DNA of 64,000 bases from Rebecca billardiae RCC1528 (lineage: Eukaryota; Protista; Haptophyta), in contig OZ251232.1 of NCBI GenBank assembly GCA_965240325.2, positions 310,001-374,000 of the forward strand, given 5' to 3'. Each line of letters starts with the position of its first letter. Within the stretch, counting starts at the first letter, position 1. The notes under the pieces were generated by a model, which searched no databases, was not told the origin of the DNA, and worked only from the letters and a program-made list of their open reading frames with translations. Both the position numbers and the translations under genes were made by a program. Below, piece after piece: positions 1 to 11,379 of this stretch.

Positions 1-904
1 GCGGTGCTGTGTGCGAATCAAGCCTCGACGGGCGTCGGCCAACCCGTCGGCCACAGGATGCCCACTTTCGCCCGTTCATCGGCCAGTGGCCGACTACGAC
101 GAATAAATGAATGAAGGACGATATATTCGTCATTCATCGGTTTGTTTTCGGCGCAAGATTATTCACCATTCGGGCAGTATGTATGGTACCCCAACGAGGT
201 CGGCTTGACTCTGTCTGGGCATGATCTTGTCGTCGCAGAAGCTGCTTGCAGCCGACTACTGTGCTGCGGCAGCCACCGAGGCTGCCGCAGTCGCGCCAGT
301 CGCCGCGTCGGCAGACGATGCAGCAGCGCTGCTGGCAGTGCAAGCGCGAGCCGTGGCAGAAATAGGGGTCACGCCCGCACTGGGGCGCGGGCGTGGGTCA
401 TCTCGGCTCACACACGGCCAACCCGTCAGCAGCCGTAGTTACGACGCTGTCGCAGCGGCTGGCGCGCGGGCAGGTCACGGCCACGGTGGCCCGCGACGGT
501 CACGGGTCAATGTCACGACCGACTTATACACGGTGCGTGACGCCTGACGGAGTAGTTAAGCGCTACTCGGTCGTCACCGCAGTACCGTACTGTAACTACC
601 AGCGTTACTCAAGTACCGAGACGTCCGCGAGTGATTGCCAGTTCGTGCCGCCCCGCGCCGCCGTCCGACTGTGTGACTCTATACTGCTGAGTACTGACTG
701 TGACATCGGTGATCGGACATTCCGAGTCGTCATTCGGACGATGACCGTGCATGCATGCCAGCCGCCGAGTCGTCGTCTCTGCCGCTGCTGCTACTTCCCG
801 TATACTTGCCTACTACGCGACGTACGATCCAGCACACTGAAGTCAAAGTTATTGACTCGGCTCCGTGTGGGCGGTGTGGCCCGAGCTCCCGGACTCTGCT
901 GCAG

Positions 905-934
905 TCAGATAGAGAGAGAGAGACAGAGAGAGAG
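905..934. repeat. (GA)n microsatellite, imperfect
   Basis: Run of agagagagag...gagag. Confidence 0.8.
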
Positions 935-1449
935 CTACTGTATACCGTAACTCAACTCCGTAAGGGTGATGTAAGTATATGTGGGGTTATTGGCACAATA
1001 ACTGATGATTGTCTAAGAGGACGGTGGGAGCGCAATGCGCCGTATCAACACCTGCCTGCCATTCGGCCCGAGCCAGGCGGCCGAGCTCAAGTCGGGCTGC
1101 CATCTTGGCCACCCTCTTCTCGTGCCACGAGGGACTTTCGAGCCTGCTCTGTGCGCTCGCACAACGACCCCGAACAACCTACTTTGCTGTGATGCTCCTG
1201 GGCCTTAGGCAAATAGGCAAGGTTGGCGGCGGCACAGGACGGCCAATTGGTGAACTGGGTTTTATCATCAGGCGCCGAGCGAACCGACGCAGTCCAGTGC
1301 CTCTCGCTCACTCGCAGCAAACGCCCTTCGGAAGTGCCCACTGGCATAATGGCTGCAGCTGTTTCCGGCCCGCATCTTCGCGATGCCCTCTGCACGATGG
1401 TGCTGAGTCGTGCCTTGCTCTCGTGCGGCTTGGCGGCTCTCGAGCTGCG

Positions 1450-1604
<155 letters not shown>

Positions 1605-2048
1605 TGCTACTGCTATCAGTATCCGTGACCCGGCGTGACCGTCACTGACCCGGTCACTAGCGCAGTACCGTACCGTAAGTGCCAAGAGTACCCGGGGCCC
1701 CCGCGGTGAGTGAGTGAGTCAGTGAGTGACTAGTCCGCGCCGCGGGAGCCTCTGCCGGCCTCGACTGACGTCAGGCCGTAGCATGCGACGTGTCACACAG
1801 CGATCTGCACACGAGAGCAGCATGCACATGTTCATATGCCGGCGGCGTGCGCAGTCACTGCAGTGGCACAGACCGATGAGACAGCCCGCGCGGCGCGCGC
1901 TGCCGCTGCTGTTATTGTTTGATGTGGCTCATTGACGATGCAGGCCGAGTCGCCGCGATAAGTGCCGCCGAGCGGAATGTCGACGTACGCAGCGATTCGG
2001 ACATGGGCCGTCGCCGAAGGCTATGCGCTCGTCACGACGGTCGCACCA

Positions 2049-2840
2049 TCACTCCCAATAGTCGTCGTAGGCCTCGTCATCGTCAATAAAGTCTTCGTCG
2101 TCTCGGCGCCCGCGTTTGCGCCGCGAAGCCGGCTTCTCAGACACGCCAGTCGATGGCTGGTCTGTCTGGTCGGCGACGCGATTGGTCGGGTCGGCGCGCA
2201 GGGCAGAAAGCAGCTCGTCCTTCTTGCTGCCAGGAAAGCAGTACCCGCCCAGCGAGCGGATCCACTTGCCATCCAGCACGCGCAGCATGTCCTTCACTTT
2301 CTGCGTCTCGCCACAGAGCAGGACGGCGCGCTTGTGCCGCGAAAGTGTGAGCTCGGCGTGCGCGGCAGCCGAGGCACCGTGTGCGAGGGCGGTGTCCCTT
2401 TCCGACCGAAGCTCGGACTCACGCCGCTCCGCCGCGGTCGCTTCGCCGTCCTCGCCTTCGACCGTCACGCCGAAACCTTTGTCACGCAGCTTGGAGGCAA
2501 CCGAGTCTGCCGTTTCGTTGGCAAACATCCAGGCCACGAGCTTCGGATCCCACCTGGCGCCCATGGACTTGAGCTGTACCTTGGCACGAAGCGTGTCCCC
2601 CGTCACCATCGCGCCTTTGCTCCCACCAGCGTCGGCCACCTTGAGCTCGACACCTGTCTTCGCGCCGGCCCGCGCGGGCGCAGGGGCAGATGCTGACTGC
2701 TGCGCGGGCTTCGGCTTGCACTCGGGGGCGAGGCCAAGGATCTGCGCCTTTTTTGCGGAGTACTCCGCGTCAACGAGGATGCCCTCGTCGTGCAGGGCCT
2801 TGAGCGCGCGCAGCTCACTCACTGCCTCGGGCGTCAGCAT
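2049..2840 (-). CDS. SHOCT-domain protein with two copies of a small G-x-T...K-x-x-L...G-x-x-W domain (DUF5710-like) and an acidic tail
   Basis: First ATG at 2840 (the track start at 2858 is GTG). ELRALKALHDEGILVDAEYSAKKAQILG fits SHOCT. Internal repeat: GDTLRAKVQLKSMGARWDPKLVAWMF / GETQKVKDMLRVLDGKWIRSLGGYCF. Confidence 0.7.
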   Translation of the reverse strand: MLTPEAVSELRALKALHDEGILVDAEYSAKKAQILGLAPECKPKPAQQSASAPAPARAGAKTGVELKVADAGGSKGAMVTGDTLRAKVQLKSMGARWDPKLVAWMFANETADSVASKLRDKGFGVTVEGEDGEATAAERRESELRSERDTALAHGASAAAHAELTLSRHKRAVLLCGETQKVKDMLRVLDGKWIRSLGGYCFPGSKKDELLSALRADPTNRVADQTDQPSTGVSEKPASRRKRGRRDDEDFIDDDEAYDDYWE

Positions 2841-3030
2841 GACCGCCAACGTGGCCACTGGGTCGATCGCCTCGCGAGCCCTCGCCGCGAAGAATGACCG
2901 TTAGTTAGCCCACCGGCAACCGAGGGCGGACGACGGAGCCTCGTCGTCATCACCGTTTGTGACTCCTCCGAGGTCAACTAGTCAGACCTGGACACGGTCG
3001 CTCTGGTGCAACGTGACGCCCAAGTCCGCA

Positions 3031-3966
3031 TCAGTTTGTAACTGGAGGCTTGAGCAGCGTCGGGTCGACGGCCGTCTCGGCCAACGCAGTGGCAATGCTT
3101 GCCCCATCATCATCCGCGATCGTCGGATCGCCAAGGCCGCCGAACCAGTCGGCTGGCGCGGGGCGCAGAAGCTCACCAAAACGCTGCTGGTCAGGCAGCT
3201 GGCTCGCGGCAAGACGCGGCCATCGTGTCGCATCCAGCCGGGATGTGGCCATCAACGTCCCCCCAGCCTCTGGCGGAAGGGGCAGCGCCACAAAGCAGCA
3301 GTGCAGGCACACGCGTTCAACCAGGGGAGCACCGCTCGTGTCCGCGGCGTACTTGGTGTCGCCGCATATCGGGTGCCCAGCGTGGCTGAGGTGCACGCGC
3401 AGCTGATGCCGCCGGCCGGTCACAGGCCAGCACCACACGAGCGTGACTGGTGAACCGTCGAGCTCGCCGACACACGCGACACTGGCGAGCGTCTGCGATC
3501 GCTTGCCAGTGGCGCTCACGCGCTGCTTCGAGCGACGCCGACTAGTGGCGATTCGCGCATCGGAACGGTGCCGGTGATGGTCCCACGCGCAGTGGCCCTC
3601 GACCAACGCCAGATACACTTTGACGACGCGCTTGGCCTGCCACAGCCTCCCGAGGGCGGACGCAGCCTCGCGTGTCGTTGCGCCCACGAGGCATCCCGAA
3701 GTCACGCGATCGAGGTTGTGGACAAAGGCACCGCCTTCAGGAAGCGCAGGCTGGCACTCTGCGAGCTGCGCCCCGTGCGGCTTGTCCACCACCGCGATTC
3801 CAGGGGCGCGCGCAATCACGACGGGTTGGCGAGGTGACGAGTTGGCTCGCAGCACAGCCGCGCCCATCACGGCGACCGTCATGCTGAGCATGCTGTACCC
3901 ATACGCGATGAGATCGGAAGCTCTGACAGCCTCGTCACTCTGCCTCTGTGCAATTACTACCCCCAT
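3031..3966 (-). CDS. RluA/RPUSD-family RNA pseudouridine synthase
   Basis: Motifs VVDKPHG, HNLDRVTSG (catalytic Asp), PVTGRRHQLRVHL..GHPICGDTKY and CLH; true start uncertain. Confidence 0.9.
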   Translation of the reverse strand: MGVVIAQRQSDEAVRASDLIAYGYSMLSMTVAVMGAAVLRANSSPRQPVVIARAPGIAVVDKPHGAQLAECQPALPEGGAFVHNLDRVTSGCLVGATTREAASALGRLWQAKRVVKVYLALVEGHCAWDHHRHRSDARIATSRRRSKQRVSATGKRSQTLASVACVGELDGSPVTLVWCWPVTGRRHQLRVHLSHAGHPICGDTKYAADTSGAPLVERVCLHCCFVALPLPPEAGGTLMATSRLDATRWPRLAASQLPDQQRFGELLRPAPADWFGGLGDPTIADDDGASIATALAETAVDPTLLKPPVTN

Positions 3967-4022
3967 AGCGCATACGGCATATGGGGGTATGCTAGACAGC
4001 TACGAATCTTCCGGCGGCGCTA

Positions 4023-4409
4023 CAGTTTACTAAGAATAAGAGACGCACACAGCTACTCAGGCAGGCGAGATTGACGCCCGCCAACTGTCACCGCCCATGA
4101 AGCCGTCGCCGATGGTAGCGCCGCCGGAAAAATTCGTTCAGCCGTCCGCCTGCGAGCGGCCTGGATGAGGGCTGCGGCCGCCTCGCGGCGCGCCGCGAGG
4201 CTCCAGCGCCCGTCATCCTCGCCCCACCGTCGTCCACAAAACGTCGTCGTCCGAACTCGCCGACTTTACTATGATTTATATAACGTGCACACTTGGTTAA
4301 GGCGTGATTTCATTTGTTTTAACGTGCGCGTATAACATGGGCGGTGACAGTTGGCGGGCGTCAATCTCGCCTGCCTGAGCTGTGTGCGTCTCTTATTCTT
4401 AGTAAACTG
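4023..4409. mobile_element. Tc1/mariner-type MITE (family A), 387 bp
   Basis: ~75-bp TIRs CAGTTTACTAAGAATAAGAGACGCACACAGC...CCGCCCATG at 4023-4099 and 4337-4409; TA on both sides (4021-4022, 4410-4411). Confidence 0.88.
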
Positions 4410-4554
4410 TAACTGTAAGGCTCACGGTGGCAGGTTGCCGCGCCATCACTCCCGATCGCGCACGCTCTCCGAAGAGACGGACCTGGAAACTCAAACTGGT
4501 TTGAACCCATGACCTCAGACGCAGTCGCAGTACCATCTGTCGGCGACGGCTTCG

Positions 4555-4631
4555 TGGGCGGTGACAGAGTTGGCGGGCGTCAATCTCGCCGACGCCTGTC
4601 TGAGCTGTGTGCGTCTGGCTGACTTATTCTT
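4555..4631. mobile_element. Degenerate solo TIR of MITE family A
   Basis: Matches 4339-4400 with several small insertions. Confidence 0.75.
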
Positions 4632-4818
4632 GTTTTTATTTTTAAAAAGTTTCTGTTTTATAATCCTTCATCGCACGCTCTCCGTACAGTTTTTTAAATG
4701 CTGCTTACCACTGCCAGTACCACGACAGACGAATCAGGAGACGAGCTGCGCCTGCCTCGTATCGTAGTAGTAGTCGCTGATGCTGATAGCCTGATGCACT
4801 CGTCTGAAGTCGTCGTAG

Positions 4819-7800
4819 TTATACAGTCGTAGTCGTCGTTTTCGTCGGCAAGCCAGCAGGTTCATCGGGGCGCGGCGACACGCGAACACTGCGCCGCGAC
4901 GGCTGCTCGTGCGGCGACGTCTCGGGCTCGGGGGCCGCGCACACGGTCTTCGCGAGGGGCAGCAGGTCTCGCACCACCTCGTTGTACCGCGAGACGGTCG
5001 CCAGCTCGACGGAGCGCAGCAGAGCCTCCTCGTGCGCCGCGTTGCTCGCGTGGCAGTTCATGATGTGGAAGGTGTCGATGGCGGCGAGCAGCGACTCGGC
5101 CTCGCTCGCCGTCTGCGCGACCGGCACGATCTCGATCGCCTCGCGCGCGCCAAGCATGGCCAGCCACGCGTACAGCTCGGCGGCGAACCACATGCGCGAG
5201 CAGAGGTTGGCGCCGAGCAAGACGACCAGCCGCTCAGCGCGGGCGAGGTGCGCCGGCATGTGCGCGAGCTGCTCGGCCGCGGTGAGCGACGGGTCGGCGC
5301 AGAGCGCGTCGATCCACACGCGCGGCGCGCGCCCGCCGTGCGCTGCGGCGAAGCGCGCGCTCCACTGCACGAGCGCCTCCTTCTTCGCGGTCGGGTTGTC
5401 GTGCCACGTGTGCACGATGTACGCGTCGAAGGTGAGCTGCGGGCGCTGGTGCGACAGCGCCGGCCTCGCCTCGCCCGCGGCCGCGCGCGGGATGAGCTCC
5501 ATCGCGCGCTCGACGTCGTCGCGGTCGTGGTACAGCGCCGCCGCGGCGTGCACGCGCGCGAGCGCGACGAGGCCGGCGCCGCGGTCGCTCCTGCGGTTGT
5601 CGCCGCCGCGCGTGGTGCTGCGGCTGCTGCGCGCCGCCCTGCCGCCCTCCGTGTCGACGCTGTCGACCGACTGGAACAGGCCGTTCTGCCGGCGGCCGCG
5701 GACCGGGCTGCGCATCGGGCTGCGGTGGTGCGAGCCCGAGTGCGCGGACCCGTCCTTGGACACCTGCCGGCCAAAGGTGGGGACGCCGGCGGGGATGCCG
5801 AGGCCGCGGTGCGAAGCGGCGCTGCAGCTGGCGGCGGAGCTGCCCGAGCAGTGCCGGGCCAGCGCCGGCTCGCGCTGACAGTCGCCCGGCCGGGGCGGGC
5901 CGGCGGCGCCAGCGTCCGTGCTCGCGGCGCTCAGCACGTGCAGAGGTGAGCACGGGTGCGCGCAGGGTGTGCCCTCGTCTGCCGGCGCGGGCGCGGTGCC
6001 CTGCTCGCCGCCCGCCGGCGCGGCGGGCACCACCTTCGCCTTGCGCGCCGCGCTGCTCAAGCCGCTCAAGCCGCGCCCCCGCGCGCCGGCCCTGGGCGGC
6101 AGCGCGCTGTCCGTGACGACAGACGAGCCGTCGGAGTCGCGGCGCGAGCGGCCCTCCCCGAGCTCGTCGTCGTCGTCGACAGAGTTGCCGCGCGCGGAGC
6201 GCTTGCCCGTGCGCGGCGTGCGGCGCGACCACGCGCCGAAGGCGACCTGCCGCGCCACGCTCACGTCGAGCGTGAAGCTGATCCTCGCGAGGATGTCGTC
6301 GCTCAGCTCGACCGGACGGCAGACGTCGCGCGCGTCGTGCACGGCTCGCTCCGTACTAAGCAGCAGGTCGCTGCCGAGGCCGATCAGCGGCGCGAGCCCC
6401 GCCCAGCGGCCCTGCGAGCACGCGGCCTTGGCCAGCAGGGACTGGCCGTACCGCCGCGAGAAGGGCATGATCAGGAACGAGCCGAGCGCCGCCGCGTTGA
6501 ACGCCACCAGCTGGTGCAGCAGCACCGCCACCGCCGGGATGTCGGCGTAGAAGCCGACCGCGTCGCACTGCAGGTTGCGCACGACGTAGTACAGCGCAGA
6601 CGCGACGGTGGCGATGCCGAGGCTGAGCCAGAGGGCGCGGAGGAGCGGCTTGGGCTGGCGCCACGCCGTGCACATGCGCCGCAGCAGCCACGCCGCGCAG
6701 AGCAGGTTGGCCACCACGTTCAGCCCGCTCATCCCCGCGACGGCGCGCACCCACGCGCTGCCGAGCAGTCGCGGGCTGCGCGCGAGGCACGTGCCCGGCG
6801 ACGCGCTGCCGCCGAGCAGCTGCAGCACGGTCGTGCCGTGGAAGAAGACGCTGTACAGCAGCATGAGCACGAAGATGACGCCGAACACGCGCACCGCGTG
6901 CAGGTGCGAGTGGATCGGGTGCAGCGCGAGCAGCACCACCGGGATCGCCAGCTGCGTCGCCAGGATGAACGCGGCCGTGAGCGCCGCCTCCGCGCCGTCC
7001 GCCAGCCCGAGTGTCGGGCTCAGCACCGCGCCCGCCGAGCCGAGGAGGAAGAGCGCGACCCCGCTCGAGCCCGCGATCTGCGTCACGCGCATCAGCGCGG
7101 CCTGCGCCTGCGCCACGGCGAAGTCGAGCACGTCGCGCGCGTCCGAGTCGCTCAGCACGCCGTCGTGCCGCCGCGCGTGCAGGAAGAGAGCACCGCTGCG
7201 CGCCGCGCTCGAGAGGCCGGGCTGCGCGTGCGAGGCGCGCGCGCCCGGCGTGTCGGCGGACGGCCGGTTCGAGGTGGCGGGGGAGACGGGCGACGCGTCG
7301 CCCCCGCTGTGCCGCATGCTGGGCGCGAACGCCGTCGACGAGAAGCGCTCCGCCAGCCGCTCGCGCCGCTTGGCGCCGCCGCGCCACGCCGCGGGCGTGC
7401 GCCGCCGCCGCGTCACCCTCTCGCGCCCCAGCCGCGCCTCGGCCGAGGCGGCGAGCACGCGGTGGTACGTGTCGCGCAGCAGCTTGAGCACGTGCCGGAT
7501 GTCCGGGGCCTCCTTCGCGCTGAGGAAGAGCATGTGCCCAACGCCGTTCACGACGTGCTCGGCCGCGGGCGCGAAGATGGCTCGCGTGAACGGCAGCACC
7601 GTCATCAGCGCGAGGACTGATGATGCCACGCACGCGCGCGGCGCGCGGGCGGGGCGGCGCGGCGTGAGAGCCGCGCGGCGCGCGGCGCGCGGCGCGGCGC
7701 GGCGCACGCACCGTCGTATGGCTTCACGTAGCCGTTCAGGTACTCCTTGATGTTCGCGCTCGCGTCGAGGCTGTCCAAGTGCTTCTTTGCAAACTGGGCC

Positions 7801-9227
7801 GCGTCCACGCCGCAGAAGGTGGCAAAGTACCACTGCTTGGTGCAGCGCGCGGGCAGCTTGCCCTCGCACAGCTTGCGCCACAGGCCCTCGAGGCCGAGGA
7901 ACTGCGCGTTGGCCAGGTAGCGCATCACGTCCGAGTCGGTGCGATCGGCGAACGACTTTGCCAGCTGCGAGGAAGCCGGCGTGCGGGCGCGGACGCGCAC
8001 ACGCGAGGGCGGCACGGGTCAGCGCGCGCGCAGGTGTGCGCGCCGCATCCGCATCCACTCCCACCGCTGGGTGGGCGAGCGTCGGGCGAGGCGGGCACGC
8101 GGCACGCGTGGCGCGACGCAGCGGCGGACCTGCATGGGCAGGAGCGGCACCGCGTCGCGACTCGTCACCGTCATCGGCACACCGCGCTCGAAGCAGAAGT
8201 CGTAGACGATGCGCGCGCCCTCGGGGTCGAACCCTGGGGATCGGTGGCGCGCGCGGGAGGCGGCGCGGCGGCGAGCGCGGCCAGTGAGCGACGCGCCCGC
8301 TGAGCGAGCGGTGCGCACTCGGAGCGACGACGGCGGCGCGCGCGCAGCGCGCAGCGCGCGGGCCGCACCGTTGTTCACGCTCGTGTCCGGCTTCCACCCG
8401 TGCGGCGCGCTCTCGTCCCCCTCGAGCCCGCCCTGCACCGCCACCTGTCGCACCTTGGCGCGCACGAGCTCGCCGTCCTCGACCATCGCGTCCGCGAGGT
8501 CGCGCAGGCTGCTGATGCACACGACGGTGAGCGAGTGCGGGCCCGCGGTGTTGAGCAGGCGGCGCACCAGCGCCGCGCCGTCCATCAGCCGCTCCTCGCC
8601 CACGCCCTCGAAGCCCGCCAGGTCGTACTCGTGCGGCTGCGCGGTGTAGGGCTTGCCCTGCGAGCCGATGCCCACCGGCACCTCGTCGTCCACGCCGAGC
8701 TGGTCGAGCAGGGCACGCGCGAGCCGGGCGCGCTTCTCGGGCTGGCCGCCCCCGTTGCACACGACGCCGCGCAGGAGCACCTCCTTGTGCACGTGCAGCA
8801 TCGCGAGCACGAGAATCGCCCTGCGCGCACGCGGGGGCGCAGGCCGACGGCGCGCCGTGAGGCGGACGAGTGCCGACTCGCAGCGCGCACGGCGCGCACG
8901 CGGATCTGCCGCGCAGGGATGGCGCGTCGTGTGGCGCTGCGCATCGCGCGCATGAGTGCGCGCACTTGACGTCATCTGGATCCGGGCCCTGTCGACCGGC
9001 AGGACGGCGCGCCCGGCAAAGGGGCGGCGGCGCCATCATCAGCCACGAGCGTGCAAGGAGCGCACCACGCGGCCACCGCGCCAGGCCAAAACGGCCAGGG
9101 CGCGCGCGCGTGCGCGCACCGGATCAGTGATGAGCAAGTACTCGGGCCGCCGCACCGATTTCAGCGCGAGCGGCCGCATGGGGGATGGCTTTACCGCGCC
9201 GGCGGCTTTTGGCTTACTGCCGGACAT
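4819..9227 (-). CDS. Fusion protein of inosine/uridine-preferring nucleoside hydrolase, ~6 TM helices and a C-terminal TIR-like domain (~1245 aa, 6 exons)
   Basis: Exons 9227-9120, 8988-8966, 8820-8369, 8233-8130, 7964-7712 and 7616-4819; all introns GT-AG; total 3738 nt, in frame. Spliced N-terminus LLITDPGPDPDDVKAILVL, then VQGG..NNGFDPEGA and PYDVLA (NH motifs). Hydrophobic block ~7080-6470. TIR-like FDAYIVHTWHD..VWIDALC..LVVLLG..SRMWFAAEL. Confidence 0.85.
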
Positions 9228-9624
9228 GGTGCTCGACAACGCCTCCGCCGCAGCACCTGCACAAGCGAGCCGGGGAGGCTAGCGCTGCCGGGGGAGACGA
9301 CCGAGTTTTGCGCGGCGGCAACGAGCCGCGTCGGTCTGATTCACCGCCGGGATCGGCGCGCGTCGTGAGCCGAACACCACCTGTGCTCGTCCGCCGCGAG
9401 CACTTGCTCTGCCCGTCTGCGTAGGCGCGGAACCGCCCGCTTGGCGTCGTGCGAATGTGCTATCTTCTCGGAACGACTATTATTGCAGGAATCCACTTGC
9501 GCATCTGACTAAGATCTGGAGGCGTTTGGTCTGGAGATAGTATTACGGCAACAGGAAAACGCCGCTTCGCCGATTTTTGTGCGGAGCGTTTTTTTGTGGT
9601 TGATGACGAGTCGAACCAACCAGG

Positions 9625-10363
9625 GGCTTGCAAACCAAGCCCCCCAAAACCCCTCGCGCCTTGGCGGGCAACACCTCTTAGGTGTTGCCCGTCCGGGAGC
9701 TTTTGAATACGATCTGCGCGTGCGCGGGCACTCCCGGACTGCCGCCGCACGGAGAAGGCCAGCAAGGCCAGCCCGCCCGCCCTCCTCGGTCGTCCGCCGC
9801 GGCGCGTGCGCGTCGAGGCGCATGGCGGCGTTCGTCGCGCCCGTCGCGCCCGTGCTCACGGGTCACGCACGCCCCGCGACCGATACGCATGTCTGGCGTG
9901 CCCTCCTTTTGCTCGCACTGCGGTCTCCTCGTCGACAGCCTTGTGATCACGCGCGCCGCCATTTCAACCGCTTGCTGGCCTGCCAGCTGCCGCGCACGCG
10001 CGTGCGGTCCAACCGATGTCAGCATGGCTGATGGCGACGCAGTGATGTTGAGTACTCTCCTGCCCATCGCACAGACGCGAAAAAGCCGACCTTGAACGCC
10101 CCAGGGACGCACGCGCGCCCATCACGCTCGTCGGACAGGCCTTCTCGAGAACTGCGCCTGCCATTCGGCAGGTCTCTGCGCGCAGAGAGGGCGGCGAGGG
10201 CGTGGACGAGGCGGCGCGATGGCTGCCTACGGCTGTTCTCGCTCCCGCAAAGCGCCCGCGCACGGCTGTCAAGCCCGCATGCGGCCTTGGGAGCGCTGCG
10301 CACGCGGGCCCTCGCGTCGCCCAGTGCCCGTCATCCTGTTTTGGGGGGCTTGGTTTGCAAGCC
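9625..10363. mobile_element. Putative non-autonomous TIR element (PIF/Harbinger-like), ~740 bp
   Basis: Perfect 26-bp TIR GGCTTGCAAACCAAGCCCCCCAAAAC at 9625-9650 and 10338-10363. Flanked by AGG direct repeats (or CAGGG if the TIR is 1 bp shorter). Confidence 0.7.
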
Positions 10364-11379
10364 AGGGGTTAACCTTACCGAGCCGCACTTTCACCGCCGA
10401 GTAACGTCTTGATTGCCACCATGAGTTCAGCCATCGATGACCCTTACAATGAATATACGACGTTCATAAAAATGAGACCAACTTCTATTCGTCCTTTGAT
10501 GTCTGAGCAGCCAGGTTTGGCGTTTGCCACTGGCGACTGCACACGGCAACAGGGGCGTTTGCGCCCTGTTGTCGTGTGCACACTGGGGCGCAAAAGGGGT
10601 CACCCTCAGGGGGTTTCGCACTGCTGTTGCCGTGTGCACCGGCCCGCTGTGGCCGTGCACACGGCAACAGGGCGCAAACGGCCCTGTTGCCGTGTGCAGG
10701 CGTGCATGGCTTGCGATGGCAGCCAGCCGTCAGCAGGGCGCCACGCCCACTGTTCGTTGGTAGGCTGGCCCGATGGCGTCGCGGAGCTCACGCGTACGGG
10801 GGAGGAGGGCATCGACGAGGAGACGACCAAGGGCGAGAAGCAGCAGGGGGCACGCAGCACGGGGCTCGGAGCATGCAGCGAGCACGCGTGCCTCCATACC
10901 GTCGCACATCAACCTTGCTCGTAGCTGTGCGCTGTGCTGCCACTCATCTCACCATCGCCCATGCTACGGGCGCGGCCCGGTGGTGGGCATCTACCTGTCG
11001 GCGCAGCACTGGCACCGGTGGTCGCCAGACACTCCTCGACTTGCTCTGCGCGTCACAGCAAGGAGACGGCAGCGGCACAGCTGCGTGAGCACATGAGGTC
11101 CTACTACTCTAGTAGTACTCGGCGAGGCAGTACAGGCATGGACTGCACTCCAGGTGCATGCGAGCTACTGGCATACTCCCCTACTCAGACCGCAGGACCA
11201 TCAATGCGGCGCTGCTTCGGATACACGAGCGCAGCGCTGCTGGTAACAGCGGCGCTGTTGATGCTGCAGCAGCAGTACGTACAGTATAAGCGCTGTTGAT
11301 GCTGCAGCAGCAGTACGTACAGTATAATGACGGGCGGCAGCAGTTGCTCCAACTAACAGCTCGGTGGTGCTCGCTTGAA

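Noticed and set aside
4819-9039. 1406-aa single-exon ORF as listed in the track
   Set aside because: Its N-terminal third is off-frame read-through of introns; the spliced model restores nucleoside hydrolase motifs
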